From: the human T2T-CHM13v2.0 reference genome, Homo sapiens
Length of the DNA stretch: 64,000 bases
Direction: 5' to 3' (one strand)
Assembly (NCBI RefSeq): GCF_009914755.1
Contig: NC_060929.1
Shown here: one piece after another, positions 31,178-44,329 of the stretch
Numbering within the stretch: position 1 is the stretch's first letter
Layout: every line of letters begins with the position of its first letter
Notes under the pieces: generated by a model
Told to the model about the DNA's origin: nothing
Seen by the model: only the letters and a program-made list of their open reading frames with translations
Database searches by the model: none
Made by a program: the position numbers and the translations under genes

Positions 31178-31576
31178 TGCTATGAGAAAAACTTAGGACT
31201 GCGACATCCCCCCAAACTGGGAAGGAGCTGAGAGACCAAAGAATGACATGGACCAGCACAGCTTGGTGAGTAGCTGAGTTTATTAGGACTTACTTACAGG
31301 GCACTCCTGGAGGGCGGCAGGACAGCTCTAGAAATCTGTGCCACCTTCTGTCTGTGAACTGCTTTTAAGTGAATTTTCTGGCTCTTTGCCTACTGTGTTT
31401 GAACAATGAGACTGTGTTTCTTGGTAGGTTTTCAAATATACTCCAGAATATTTGGTTTCTCAGAGACACCTGCTCCTCAGCTGGGCACCATGGCCTTGGC
31501 TCACCGCCTGGCCTTCCAGGTTCAGGCAGCAGACACACACGCTTAAGTAACCTGGTGGGGTACCCGTCACACTACA
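31178..31576 (-). mobile_element. ERVL solo LTR (LTR32-like)
   Basis: On the - strand it begins TGTAGTGTGACGGG...CCACCAGGTTACTTAAG, has AATAAA and ends in CA. Perfect 5-bp TSD cagcc (31173-31177, 31577-31581). Family name from recall. Confidence 0.75.
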
Positions 31577-32174
31577 CAGCCTGCCCCTCACTTAGCAGTC
31601 TAGCCTCTTTGAGAACTCGAGTTAAATGGCTTGAATCAGGAGCTGTAAGAAACTACACAGAGAGATAAAGTGAGGAATGGGATTTCAGCATTTGTTGAGT
31701 TAGTTGTTGAGCCAGTTGTCAGTCTAATACCAACATTTCTAGAGTACATAGAACACTTTTATTACAAAATCACTGTGGGAGTCATACTGACTTCTGAATT
31801 AATAATGATTGGTAGCAAGTAACTGTAAAAAGGCCATGTTCTATATTTAAAATATTTTTGGAAGGGAAGACAGGGAACATGGGGAAGGTCCCTGGCATGT
31901 TTCCTTCCTGGTGTTCATGAAAAGACTAAGTGAAGATGATAGGTGTGGGTTCTGGGTCCCTGTCCACATCAGGGCTTCTCCTTTCTCTTCCTTGAGGTTA
32001 GGCCAACCTTACCTGCTGTGTCCCTCAGAGCCTCCCCTACTTGGGGACACCTCTCTCTAGCTCCCTCATTCTTTCTTCACAGTGAAATGATGCCCATCTG
32101 TAGTTGTAAACTTTAAAAAAGTCAGATTCAGAGGTCATGGACTCTAATCTGTACTGAAAATAGTAACACTCTAA

Positions 32175-32510
<336 letters not shown>

Positions 32511-33129
32511 AAAGTCAAAATTCTTAAAAATAGAATTTCATCTTTACCTCACACCTCTTGAAAACCACTGAACACAATGGATCTCAGTCATGGCCCTTGA
32601 AAATGCTTCTGTCTGTCATTGCTTCTCTCGCCTCTCTGGTGGTTGTTTTTTCTCAAATGACAGTCCCCTTGCACCCTATCAACAATGTGATGCTGTCACC
32701 CCCTTCTTCGCTAGCTTGCACCTTCTCTCCATTTCCTTTGGTACTTTATTCGGGGGACCAACTCAGCCCCTCAGCCAAGTCCTCCCCTTTCCCTCAGCCT
32801 CTTGGCCCAGGCTCTAGGTCTGAATCTCAGAGGATCAGGGATGGGCTAGATAGAAACAGGGGCTCCTCCAAGGCCCAGGGAGGAGTATGATCTTGAGCAG
32901 GTGAAGATGGATGGTGAGGAGGGTTGAGGGAGGCTAGAAATTTCACAGGTGCATTTCCCTGTGGCAAGTGCAAAAAAAAAAAATACAAGCTAAAGTCCAC
33001 AGTAAAAGATCCTTGCCCACCTAGCATCCTCATCTGTTCTGCTGTGTCTCTCCCCCATTCTCGCCCCCACAGAGTCCATCATCTGGAAGCGGTTCCCCAG
33101 ACAGGTTAACATTTCCTGAGCTCAGTCCC

Positions 33130-33700
33130 TCCTCAACTCACTCCAGTCTGTCTCCACCCCAGATCTTCCATGAAAAATACCTTCCCTGGGTATTTTCCCC
33201 ACAACTTTCAAATTTACTGGACCCTTACTCTCTTCATCTTGCATGAGTTTCTAACACTGAAGTCCTTGCCCTCCATTCTTTATTTCTGCTTTACTTTTCC
33301 ACATCTAATGTTTCAATTAACTTTATTTTGAGTTATTTGTCTCTGTTTAAAATAAGCTCCATGAGGGCAGAGATTTTGTTTATTTTGTTCATTTCTGAAT
33401 CCCAAGCACATCATAGGTGCTCAGTCAATTTCTTGTGAAAGTGCGTGTTGAGTGAATCTTTTCAGAAATGCTGCTCTCTGTTTTCCTTGCCAACACATTG
33501 TTTTAAATTCCCCTTGACCTCACTCATTGTTTAACTAGATTTCCTTTGCTGACTTGTCATTCTCAGTAAAGTCGTAAATGTTGGTGTTGCTATGGGTTCA
33601 GTCCTTGGTTGCCTTCTTTCTCCACTTTCCTTCCCTGGTTTCATGACTTTGAGCACTATTTAAAGCCATTGACTATCTAAATTATATATCCTCCCCAAGG
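33130..33700 (+). mobile_element. L2 fragments including an L2a 3' end
   Basis: taagctccatgagggcagagattttg...cataggtgctcagtcaat...gttgagtgaat. Confidence 0.7.
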
Positions 33701-34161
33701 CAAAGATGCTAATAAGAGGCAGGGAAAGGAAATGTAGCCCTTGCAATTTTTAGAATACTAATGCTAAGAACGGAGTATTTGGTGTATTAAGGTTGTAACC
33801 TTTTATACATGTGCTCAATCTAGAGCTAATGGTAATAATAATGCGACATTTTCTCCCAGACTCACTGTTATACCTCTGTTTGAAGTTACCAACCACTGTT
33901 CATTCTCTATTCCTTTCAACATCTAAGGGATGATCTATAAAAACAGGCTTTCTCTGATTCAAAGCACTTAGTCTTTTATTTTTTAATTCAATATCTGGCA
34001 ACACTTGCTGCTTGGATACCAGCTACAGGCTGTGACGACAGTAATGGTCAGTGCCTACATAGGCCATTTCATGGGCAAATCGCCACAGTATACAAGCTGA
34101 GTGATTATGAGAAGGAACACTTATGTACCTATGGACTCCAGTTTTAGAAGCAGCAAGAGGT

Positions 34162-34482
34162 GTTTTGTTTGTTTGTTTTTGTTTTGTTTTTGTTTTTTGA
34201 GACAGAGTCTCACTCTGTTGCCCAGGCTGGAGTGCAGTGACGTGATCTTGGCTCTCTACAAGCTCCGCCTCCAGGGTTCACACCATTCTTTTGCCTCAGC
34301 CTCCCGAGTAAGCTGGTACTACAGGTGCCCCTCCACCACGCCCGGCTAATTTTTTGTATTTTTAGTAGAGATGGGGGTTTCACCGTGTTAGCCAGGATGG
34401 TCTCGATCTCCTGACCTCGTGATCCACCTGACTCGGCCTCCCAAAGTGCTGGGATTACAGGCACGAGCCACCGTTCCCGGCC
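34162..34482 (-). mobile_element. AluY
   Basis: caagctccgcctcc, ttcacaccattc, ccgtgttagccaggatggtctcgatctcctgacctcgtga. TSD aagaggt(g/t)ttt. Confidence 0.94.
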
Positions 34483-35619
34483 AAGAGGTTTTTTAAAATA
34501 CATGAATCATTAGGTTTTTTTCCTTCATTTTCTTGTTTTAACTGGAGAGCAGCTGACTTGCAGCACTAAGTGTGTGCATTGATATGTTAGCTGCCATTTG
34601 GCCAAATGCCTAGACACAGATTAAACAGATCAGAGGGCTTCTAGGTGCTGCTACACTATCAAAACCCTATGGGACCCTACAGTGTTTGTTGCAGAAACTC
34701 TGGGAGAAGCCAAATGGTTTCTAGGAAAGAAATCATTGATGAGATCCTGCCATGGTTGACTGGCAAAGCTCTGAGACTCAGATTAGCATGTATGTTATTT
34801 CTAAAACTGTGGTGATACTGTTTCCCTTCTCCGAAAATGTTCTTCAGGGTCCCCAACATGCAGAGTCAATAAATTAGCCTTTAAAGTACTCACAACATCT
34901 GAAAACAAATTAAATGTGGAGAGAAATATTGCCTAACAAGAAAACATGCAAGAGCCAGGTAAATTTACTCATCTCATTTGAAAGTTGTCCACATCATTCA
35001 TGAGTAATTTTTCCATCCTCAGAACCACTTTTGTGGTGTTCTCTAAATCATCAAAACAACGTTAAGATGGCTCTTTCCAAAATCAAATAGATGGCACTCG
35101 GAGAAAATGAAATTTCAGAGTAGTTTGATAAAAGGGAAATTAATTTTCTTTTTTATGTCACAGTTGTGTTATTAGGACAATAACAGAGAAGATGATTAGG
35201 ACAATTCAGGAGCTGATTGAAGAAAATGATAAGGAATGATTCTTTCCCCCACCAAACTACCCCTCATCAGCTACTTCTGAGCTTGAGAGAGAAGAGGGCA
35301 AGGGAAAGGAAAAGGTGTCAGAAGCTTGGCATTTTACACATTTATCTAATTAGTCTCTGCCTCCCTCTCCAAACTAAAGTTCAAGTAACCTCACCCTGCT
35401 TCTTTCTCCTGATTGCAGATACGCAGCATAAACACTCAAGATAGGAGAGGCAGCCCTCGGCCACTGAGCAGTGGGAAGAGCGTCCCTTCTGTCTTCTGAT
35501 GACAGGCATTGATAATGCAAGCTTGTCTTCCTCAGCAGCATCTCCGCTGGCTGCCATGGCTGGCTCCCATTGCAGAGCAATTGTCACAGGATGAGCATAA
35601 GAGGAGCTGTGCCGTCCAC

Positions 35620-35805
35620 TGGCCATGAGACTTGTCTCTGCCACTGACCGGCTGAGTGACATTTGCAGGTCACTTACTCTCTTCTGACCTCAGTGTCCAC
35701 ATTGGTAAACTGGAGATTATAGTAGTGTCTAACCTGGAAGGTTGCTGAAAAACTACATGAGATACTGCATATGTAGCTTCTGGTATAGTTAAAATGTCAG
35801 CTATC
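35620..35805 (+). mobile_element. MIR
   Basis: ctctgccactgaccggctgagtgacatttgcaggtcactta...cctcagtgtccacattggtaaactggagattatagtagt. Confidence 0.7.
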
Positions 35806-36162
35806 GTTTAATTGTCCTGTTTGTCATATCCATCAACTAACTCTGCAACCTGGAGAAGTTTTAACATACAAACTACAATCACAATTAGAAGAATATTTTC
35901 CAAAATACAAACTATACTGACCACACTGGCCAATGAGTTTCTTCCTTAATGAGTAAGGACCTCATAGTCCATTTTAGTTCAGTGTCCAAGTCTGTGTTCA
36001 GAGATAGGTTAGTGCTTTTCCAGATGTCTTAAATAATATATTTGACTAATCTTTTAATACAATTATATATGAGAATTTACAAAATAATTGATCAGATATA
36101 TGTAAGTTAATATTTTTAATTTAAGAAGGAAAAGCACAACAATGTTCTTCTATTCCTGTGTC

Positions 36163-36268
36163 TGTGTCTGGGGTTCCCTAGATAACCCCTAGGTTAAGTG
36201 ATCTGCTAAGAGAACTCACAGGACTGAGCATACGCTTGTGTCCTAAGACTTATTATAGTAAAGGGTAC
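36163..36268. mobile_element. MER21/MER77-like ERVL LTR fragment
   Basis: ggggttccctagataacccctaggttaagtgatctgctaagagaactcacaggactgagc. Confidence 0.55.
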
Positions 36269-37772
36269 ACTTATGTCTTTAATCCACTTTGAGCTGATGT
36301 TTGTACATGGTGTAAGATGAGAGTGCATTCTTATTCTTCTCCATGCGGTGATCCAGTTTTCCCAACACAATTTATTAGAGACTATTCTTGCCCGATTGTG
36401 TCTTCTTGGTACCCTTGTCAAAACTTAGTTGACTCTATATGCTTGTGGGTATTGCTGGGCTCTTTATTCTGTTCTACTGGTCTATGTGTCCATACTATAC
36501 TGTTTTGTTTACTATAGGTTTATAATATAATTTGAAATCAGGAAATATGATGCCTCCAACTTTGTTCTTCTATCTGAAGATTGCTCTGGCTATTTTGGGT
36601 CCTTTGTAGTTCCATAAATTTTATAATTGTCTTTTATTCTATTTCTGTAAAAATGCCATTCAATTTTTGATAAATATTACATTGAGTCTGTAGATTGCTT
36701 CAGATGGTATGTATATTTTAATAATATTGATTCTTTCCAGTAATAAATATGGGATATCTTTTCATTTATTTGCATGTTCTTCAAATTCCATCATCAATGT
36801 TTTACAGTTTTCAGTATAGAGCTCTTTCATCTCCTTGGTTAAATTTATTGTGAAATATTTTTTATTCTTGATGCTATTTTAAATTGAATTATTGTTTTTT
36901 ATTCCTTTTTCAGAGAGATTGCTATGCCTTAAAAAATACAAATGATTTTTGTGTGTTGATTTTTATATCCTGGAACTTACTGAATTCATTTATTAGTTCT
37001 AATATTTTTTATTGGGTCTTTAGGGTTTTCTACATGTAGAATCATGTCATCTGCAAACAAAATTACTGCTTCTCTTCAAATGTGGTTGCTTTTTATTTAT
37101 TTTTCTTGTCTTATAGCTTAGATAATATTTCCAGTACTATGTTGAATAAAAGTGGTTAGAGGGGGCACCCTTGCCTTGCAGTGGATCTTCGAGAAAAAGC
37201 TTTCAGCTTTTCACCATTAATTATGTTAGCTCTAGGTTTTTCATAAATGGCCTCTATCATATTGAAAAAATTTCCTTCTGTACCTATTTTGTTGAGGGTT
37301 TTTTTAATGAAATAATGTTAAACTTCATCAAATGCTTTTTCTGCATCTATTGAAGTGACCATGTGGTTTTTATCTTTTATTCTACTAATGCAATGTATCA
37401 CATTGGCGGATTTGCAAATGTTTAGTTAACCTTGTATCCCAGGGATAAATCTCACTTTGTCTTAGTGTATAATCTTTTTGATATGTTGTTGAATTTGATT
37501 TGCTAGTATTTTATTAAGAATTTTTGTGTCTATATCAGAGACATTGGCTTATAGCTTTCTTTTTGGGGTGCCTTTTTCTGGTTTTGGTATCAGGGTGATG
37601 CTAACCTTATAGCATAAGTTTGAAAGTATTCCCTATACTTCAGTTTTTTTGGAAGACTCCAAGAAGAATTGGTATTAATTCTTCCTTGAATATTTTGTAT
37701 ATTCAGCCAGAAAGCCATCTGGTTCTGGGCTTCTCTTTGTTGGGAGGCTTGTAATTAGTACTTCAATCTCTT
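36269..37772 (-). mobile_element. L1MA/L1MB ORF2 fragment
   Basis: Reverse L1 ORF2 motifs: atcatgtcatctgcaaaca, ccagtactatgttgaata, aaatgctttttctgcatctattga, ttttggtatcagggtgatgct. Confidence 0.9.
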
Positions 37773-40700
37773 CTATTCTTTTATTATCTCAACTGTGAAA
37801 AACCATTACTTTTGTATTTAATATCACAGAATCCCAATAAGTGTTTATCTTTCAAGTTTTATTCTATTCAAATTGTGTCAGCTATTTGCATACATTTATA
37901 AACAGAAGGGGCTCTCTATATTTTTAAGGTCTGTGAAAAAAACAATATGGATGTATAGTTATTAATATATCCAACTTTATTTGACACTTTTTAACATTCC
38001 AGATTTAGTAATAAGCCATCCAAAATCATGGTGGGAAGGTTGGTGGGGGAAGTAAATCATGGAGCACGCTACAGTGAAAAAACACTAATTTCATCTTTAT
38101 CGAACAGTGAAGATATGCATTTCCTTAAGTTCTTTCCACAGATTTCTCCAATTCCTTAGATTTGAGTACTCCTAAAACCTATTTAATCTTAGCACCACAA
38201 AGTTCTAAATAGAAGAGAGATTAATAAAATGACAAGGAAGAACTGTGTTCTTATTTCCAAGAATTTCTAGGAGTCAGGTTTTGATGCTCATGGTCAACAT
38301 GCAATTCCACTGAGGCACTTTATTTAAGCCATGAATGGATGCCACTCCCGCCCCCACTTCATGGTCTTGTTTTTTATTGCTTTGTCTTATTTCCATATGG
38401 CGTAATCAGCCCTCTGCATCAAATCATTGTTGATTAACACAGTAGTGACTTCCTCTTAACAGTTAACACAAAACCTTTAAGGGTGGAGAACAGCCAGAGC
38501 TTACAAGTGCAGCACAACTTTATTTTAAATATTTATTGAATTTATAAATTATCCTATAACGACACAGAAATCTGTATTCAGAGTCGCTGCATAACTGTGA
38601 CCCTTTTTTTCTTTATTAATTAAGCTCTCTGTCTGGAGTTCAAGAAAACTACATCTTAGGCTAAACTTTACTGCAGACTAGGTAATATTAGAGCAATGAG
38701 CCCTCAACCACAGTGTGCGACGATACAATTAAGGAGCCTTACTCTGTTTTATTTTAAGATGAAGAACTTAACACATCAAAGTAAAATACAACAGTTTTGT
38801 TATTACCACTTTTTCACAAAGCAAAATTCTACCGTAATTCATATCCTTTTTGATGGGATGCAATTAAGATTTTAAAAAAGAAAAAGACAAAAAAGCCTGT
38901 CCCTGTACTGGAAGCCATCTATCACAGAACGATCACCTAATCACATTCATATGGTTAGTATGGACGAGATGGCAACACGCAGTGAACGAGGATCAATGGC
39001 ACTCACTGTCACATACTGACCTCTGGTCGACCAACAAAGCTGAGGTGGCTTTTTTGGTTTCCAGGCATTACCCTTCTACACTGACCTGACAAGCTCCCCT
39101 TAACTCTCCATGGGGAGAGTCCAGAGAAACAGCAACATGTGAGGGGAAGGCAGATGAAGTGGAGTCAGGAAAAGAATAATCACAGAGCCAGGAGAAGGGG
39201 CAGAAGATTCAGGGTTCTATAAGGCAAGTAAGGAAAAGATTTTCAGAATACACAAATGGCACATATAACTTTAATGTTATCTTTATAGAGAGGAACAGAG
39301 CCACCATTTGCATAGAAGACCCAGAACTTATAGAACTCCAGTCATTGACATTCTAAAGGAGTTACCATTTGCCATTGTGCCTTCTTCTCTATGAAGACCT
39401 TCCAAGAAGTTGCCAAAATATCTGCACAATCAGGGCCCAGATGATTTACTTGGCCCTGGTTGGATTTCCAACAAGAGAGACACATGGATGCAGCAAGAAA
39501 GCTGACCCAGAACGTGTCTGGGGAGGCTGTTGTCCAGCTGGCGGGTGGCAGGGGGGAAACGTCACAGGAGCAGCAAGATGCACATTAGCTGCACCAGCAA
39601 CAGGGGTCTAATTCACTTTACTGTTTTTATAACAGTGAAAAGTAATATAAACCAACTTTTTCCATGGCCATTGGCAAATTTTCTCCAATTTATTTTTGTT
39701 CAAGTCAAATCAAAGTGTGAGAAAATACACTTATTTCTAAACCTGGATTCCTTTTCTAAATTCCAAGCCTGAGATTCCAAACTGATTCTTGCAAAAGATG
39801 ACATCCACCTCAAAATTCATTAAGATGGCTATAATAGCTAAAATGGAAAAATCTAAAAATTAGTGAAAACATGAAACTTGTTTATAGAGGTGATGAAGTT
39901 AGAATTGTCAAACTGGTCTAAACAAACTTAAATGCTATCTCAGAATCCAGCTTCCCACAAAACTTTTTGGGGGTCTGCCCTGAGTTACCACATAGGATTT
40001 GGGGCAGGGCTTCCTATAGGATTGTGCATCTCCGTGGTTGTTTCCTGCAGGAAGGTAACTCTTCCCACTGCAAACTCCCCCTCCCTTTGAGTTAGCAAAC
40101 AAACTGACTAGTGAGAAATGGAAACTGTAGTAGCATTCTATGTAGAGCATCTTTATCCATAATCCCGGACTGATTTGAATCCCAGCCTATGATTTGAATT
40201 AGTAACATCTTGACATTGTGTGCTACATAATTTCAATTTGTAAATAGCCAAGGATTTAAAATTAACACACAAACAAGCCTATGGATGAGTCCACTGCAAC
40301 CCTGGGTATGATCAGACAGCCTGGAATGCTTCCTGCTGCTAAGGGCCGGGAGCTTCTCACTGTAGTGGTCAGGAGGACAGCAGTCCAGTCATGAGACCAT
40401 CCAAAACAAACTCTGTAACCGAACTTCTAGATGGTTGCATTATATAAAAAGCAACTGATATTGACTCTACTTTTATGTAGGAGTGTATAATTTATGTAAG
40501 ATCTTCTGTTTGACTAGATTTACATTCTGTTCACACACACTGTTTGGAATAAAAATCTTCCCATATAGTACCACCTGTACAGGAATATTTTCAATAGTGT
40601 GAGAAAGTGTGAGAAAATACGTGTATTGAAACAAGTGTTCTGTTCTTAGTAATAAGTGTTCCATTCTTCATGAATAGAATGAGTCGACTCTTCTAAAATT

Positions 40701-41439
40701 AATGAATTCCAATTTCGTAAGAAATTATCAGAAACCTCCAAAACCAACTCATTATAAACATAATGGACACGCACTTCACCTTCTCGTGGCCACTGTTATG
40801 GAAAGGGTCAGAAGCCTATGGATGTAAGAAATCTTGCTAAGTTGAAGTTCTGCAGTGACTCACTCAGACCTGCTCAGGGGCAGCCCCGTCGCCCCAACAC
40901 CATCTCTCCTCACTCCCCAGCCTATTTAGGTATTGATGAAAACCTCCACTGCCTCCTAGAATTACAAGGATATGGCTCTAATCTCTGTAGCATTAGCCTA
41001 AACATTTGTGATGAAAAACTAGGAACACTTATGGAAAGTTCTAGTTTATTCACTCTGCAAACCTGCTCCATGCCAGGCATTCTGGGGGACCTTAAGGATA
41101 AAAATGGCAGAAAAGAGATAGAATTCCTGCCTGCAGGAGTGAGCAATATAGACAAGGAAATGGTAATTCCTTTTCTCCTCTTAAAACAAACAAAAAGCAA
41201 ACAAAAATTTCTTGCTTGACCTCCCATGCCCTCCAGATGTGGCATCCATCCTCCACATCCCTTACCTCAATCACTTCTGGAGGAGCTGCTCCTAGCAGCT
41301 GTGTCCGCCTGACTTTGGCCCATGCCCCTCCTCCTCCTCCCACAGGCTGGCCCTGAGAGGCAGCTGTGGCCTCCATCTGCCCCAACCGGTGTTCACCTCT
41401 GTCCTCTTCTTACTTGACTGCTCAGTGGCATGGCCTTCA

Positions 41440-41785
41440 GCTGGCTAGTCCCACATTCCCATGAGGGAAGTGTTTTGGCCACTTCCCTCATGGATGCAGG
41501 GCTGACTCCTCCTGCTCAGTCTGCACTCAGCTTAATCATCACCTCCTGGCAGAGACTGATGCTGATCAGAGAGTACAGGAGCCTGCCTGGCACCTGCAGC
41601 CATGTCCGCTTCCACTGTGTCTGTTCGCCATCATTTTCTGGCATCTCACTGGCTGGTCTGTTTATTTTCTGCTGTCCCCACTAGAATGTAAGCCCCAAGA
41701 GGCCAGGAGATGCCTGCGTGCTCACCAGTTTACTCCCCGGTGCCTCCAATGAACTACACAAATAGTAAAGTTTCAGTAGATAGCA
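41440..41785 (+). mobile_element. L2 3' end
   Basis: tgtccccactagaatgtaagccccaagaggccagga...ctcaccagtttactccccggtgcct. Confidence 0.65.
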
Positions 41786-42650
41786 GCAACTTTATGAATA
41801 GAACAAAGCAAGTAATAAATGTACAACTACAAAGTGAGTTTTTTCAAAGAAACATATTATTAGGATAAAAATGATTTTTTTTTTGTTTTCTGAGAAAGTG
41901 TCCGTTAAACTGAAATGGAAGAGTGAATGGGTTGTTTGCTGCAGAAAGAACTGGTGGGAATAGGGAGGGTGTGGACGCAATCCCAGGCCAAGGGAGGCCG
42001 ATGTGAGAGGACTGAACACAGGAAAAGGCTGGACAAGTGTGCAAAATTGAAAGGGCATCCCTGAAGCCAGTCTTCAGTATCCTCAGCATATGAGCAATTA
42101 ACAAAGAAGAGGTGGAACTCCCCTGCCACACTCTAAGTTACTCTGGAAATTGAACAGGTCTAAATGTCATAACTTGATGAGCCCTGTCCCCTAGATTTTC
42201 CATAAGACATTCTGTTATTTGTCCTTAAGGGATAAGTTGATTCCATGGACCATGATACAAAAAAGTATTGTCTTTGAACCAATCAGAAATTACCATATGA
42301 TTACAGGATTTTTTTTTAAAGCACAATATCAAAGTGCTGTATTATCTTAAATTACTTAAACTAAATGGTTTTGCTGGGAAATGGCTATTTTGAAAAGTTA
42401 AGAAGCAATGGTGAGGGCACAAAGTATTGTCTTTCCAATTAAAATATGACCAAAGTATGAGAAAAGATAAAAATTCAAACTGTAAACAAGATGCATAGAA
42501 GATGACAAAGATGAGTGAGTATTGTGGGTTTTGCTGGTTGCAAGGAGAGGTGGCAGATGAAAAGCTTGAAACTGAAATTGCTCATTTAGAATCAAAAGCC
42601 CCAAATCAAAAGATGGTAGAAGACTCCTCGGATGAGGGCAGAACTCCCAC

Positions 42651-42855
42651 TTGTGGCCAAACGGACGGTGTGGACAAGCATGTCTCTGCTCTGCACAATA
42701 TCAATGGCCAGATGGGAAATGTGACTATTGTCTTTCATGAAGGAGGGCACTGTATTCACTGGCTGCACCACCTCACGCATCAGAATGAACTTCTGAACAT
42801 CCTGCAAGTCCCTCTTCATCAGATTAATGTCCAGGCTCTGGTCCACAGTGCTGCA
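42651..42855 (-). pseudogene. Isolated, diverged copy of one semaphorin-5A (SEMA5A) Sema-domain exon (unprocessed duplicate, 205 nt)
   Basis: Translation CSTVDQSLDINLMKRDLQDVQKFILMREVVQPVNTVPSFMKDNSHISHLAIDIVQSRDMLVHTVRLAT aligns without gaps to recalled SEMA5A CGTVDQGLYVNLTERNLQDAQKFILMHEVVQPVTTVPSFMEDNSRFSHVAVDVVQGREALVHIIYLAT (about 46/68 identical). Similarity starts right after ccttgcAG and stops right before GTgggag. No symbol is given because this is not the functional gene. Confidence 0.88.
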
Positions 42856-43398
42856 CTGCAAGGGCAGACAGGCCATGTTACTGGAACCAGGTACCTGGAC
42901 ACCCAGAGCTGACTGTGGCCACCCCACCTAGAGGAGGGTGACTTGGAAACTGAATAAGTCACAATGTGTAACTGAAGTGTGCAAACATGTGTGCTTCTCC
43001 ATTTTTCTTGAAGTTCCCATCCATTTCTCCCATTTTAGAGTTGACCTTATCTTTACAGACTTTCTCAGCTCCATCATAAAGATAGATGATCAAAAGTGAA
43101 AAAAAAAACATAGAGTGGATGTTCTTGCTGACTTTGATTTAAACAGCATATGCATAGAGGCTCCTCAACATATTTTAAGTCACTTGGGAGCTATTTGTCT
43201 AAGTGCATATTATTATATATTTTTGATAAATCGGGTACCCAAATTGAAAAATGCAGCTAGAACATAATACAAATTTATGACTTTCCTTGTTGAAGGAATG
43301 GGCCTATAAGGCCATGAAAATAAAATTATGCTCATTTCATCTAGAGTGCATATAATACTGTAATATCATTCACATGGGCTATAAAAAGTCTATACTGG

Positions 43399-43785
43399 CT
43401 TCTTAGTCCATTTGTACTGTTTTAACAGAATACCTTAGACTGAGTAATTTATAAAGAACAGAAATTTATTTCTCATAGTCCTGGAGGCTGAGAATTCCAA
43501 GATCAAGTTGCCAGCCCATTCAGTGCCTGGTGAAGGCTACTCTCTTCTTCCAAGATGGTGCCCTGTTGCTGCATCCTCCAGAGGGGACAAATGCAATGTC
43601 CTCACATGACATAGGCAGGAAGGCAAGCCAGCCAATGGCTGTCTGAAGCCTCTTTTATGAGGGCCTTTGTCCCAATCGTAATGGAGGAGCCCCCATGGAC
43701 TAACTGCCTCTTAAATGCCCCACCTGTTAATGTCATCACATTAGCAACACCTGAATTTTGGAGAGGGCACATTCAGACCATAACA
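43399..43785 (-). mobile_element. MSTC/MSTD-like MaLR solo LTR
   Basis: tcttagtccatttgtactg...tttataaagaacagaaatttatttctcatagtcctggaggctg...cacattcagaccataaca. Confidence 0.85.
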
Positions 43786-44329
43786 CTTGATGTATTGCCT
43801 TCATTTATTACTGTATGTTAGAATATACAATACACCTAATTGGAGAATAAACATGCTAGAAATCAGAGAAATATCATGTCAAATTTTGCATGGTAAGAAT
43901 GAGGGAAAGAGAGATGAGAAGAAAAAGAAGGAGAAAAAAGAGAAATAAAGAGGGAAAGATATTTAAGTAGAGCAAAAGCATGAATAAGAAAGTGGCATCT
44001 ATAAAGAAAAGAAAACCTGACCACTGCTGAGAATCTAATTCAGAGCTACATTGCAGAGGTTGGCAGTGTATCAATGTATTCTGTCAAGGAAGAACCGAAA
44101 ACGCATAGGGGGAAAACAAAGGTTAAGCTTTCCTGGAGCAGAGAACTGAATCAGGAAACCATAATCCTTTTAAAATTTATTTTCATTAACTTAAAATCCT
44201 GGTACAAGTAATGGCTGATTCTCATCAGAGTTTCTTATAAATTGGTTTGTTAGAAATGAATTTTCTAGTTCATAACAATATGAAACTACAATTTATAACA
44301 TGGCATTCTAATACTTGGTTGTATTATTT

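Noticed and set aside
42502-42912. 136-aa plus-strand ORF
   Set aside because: It is the antisense shadow of the SEMA5A-like exon, with no independent support.
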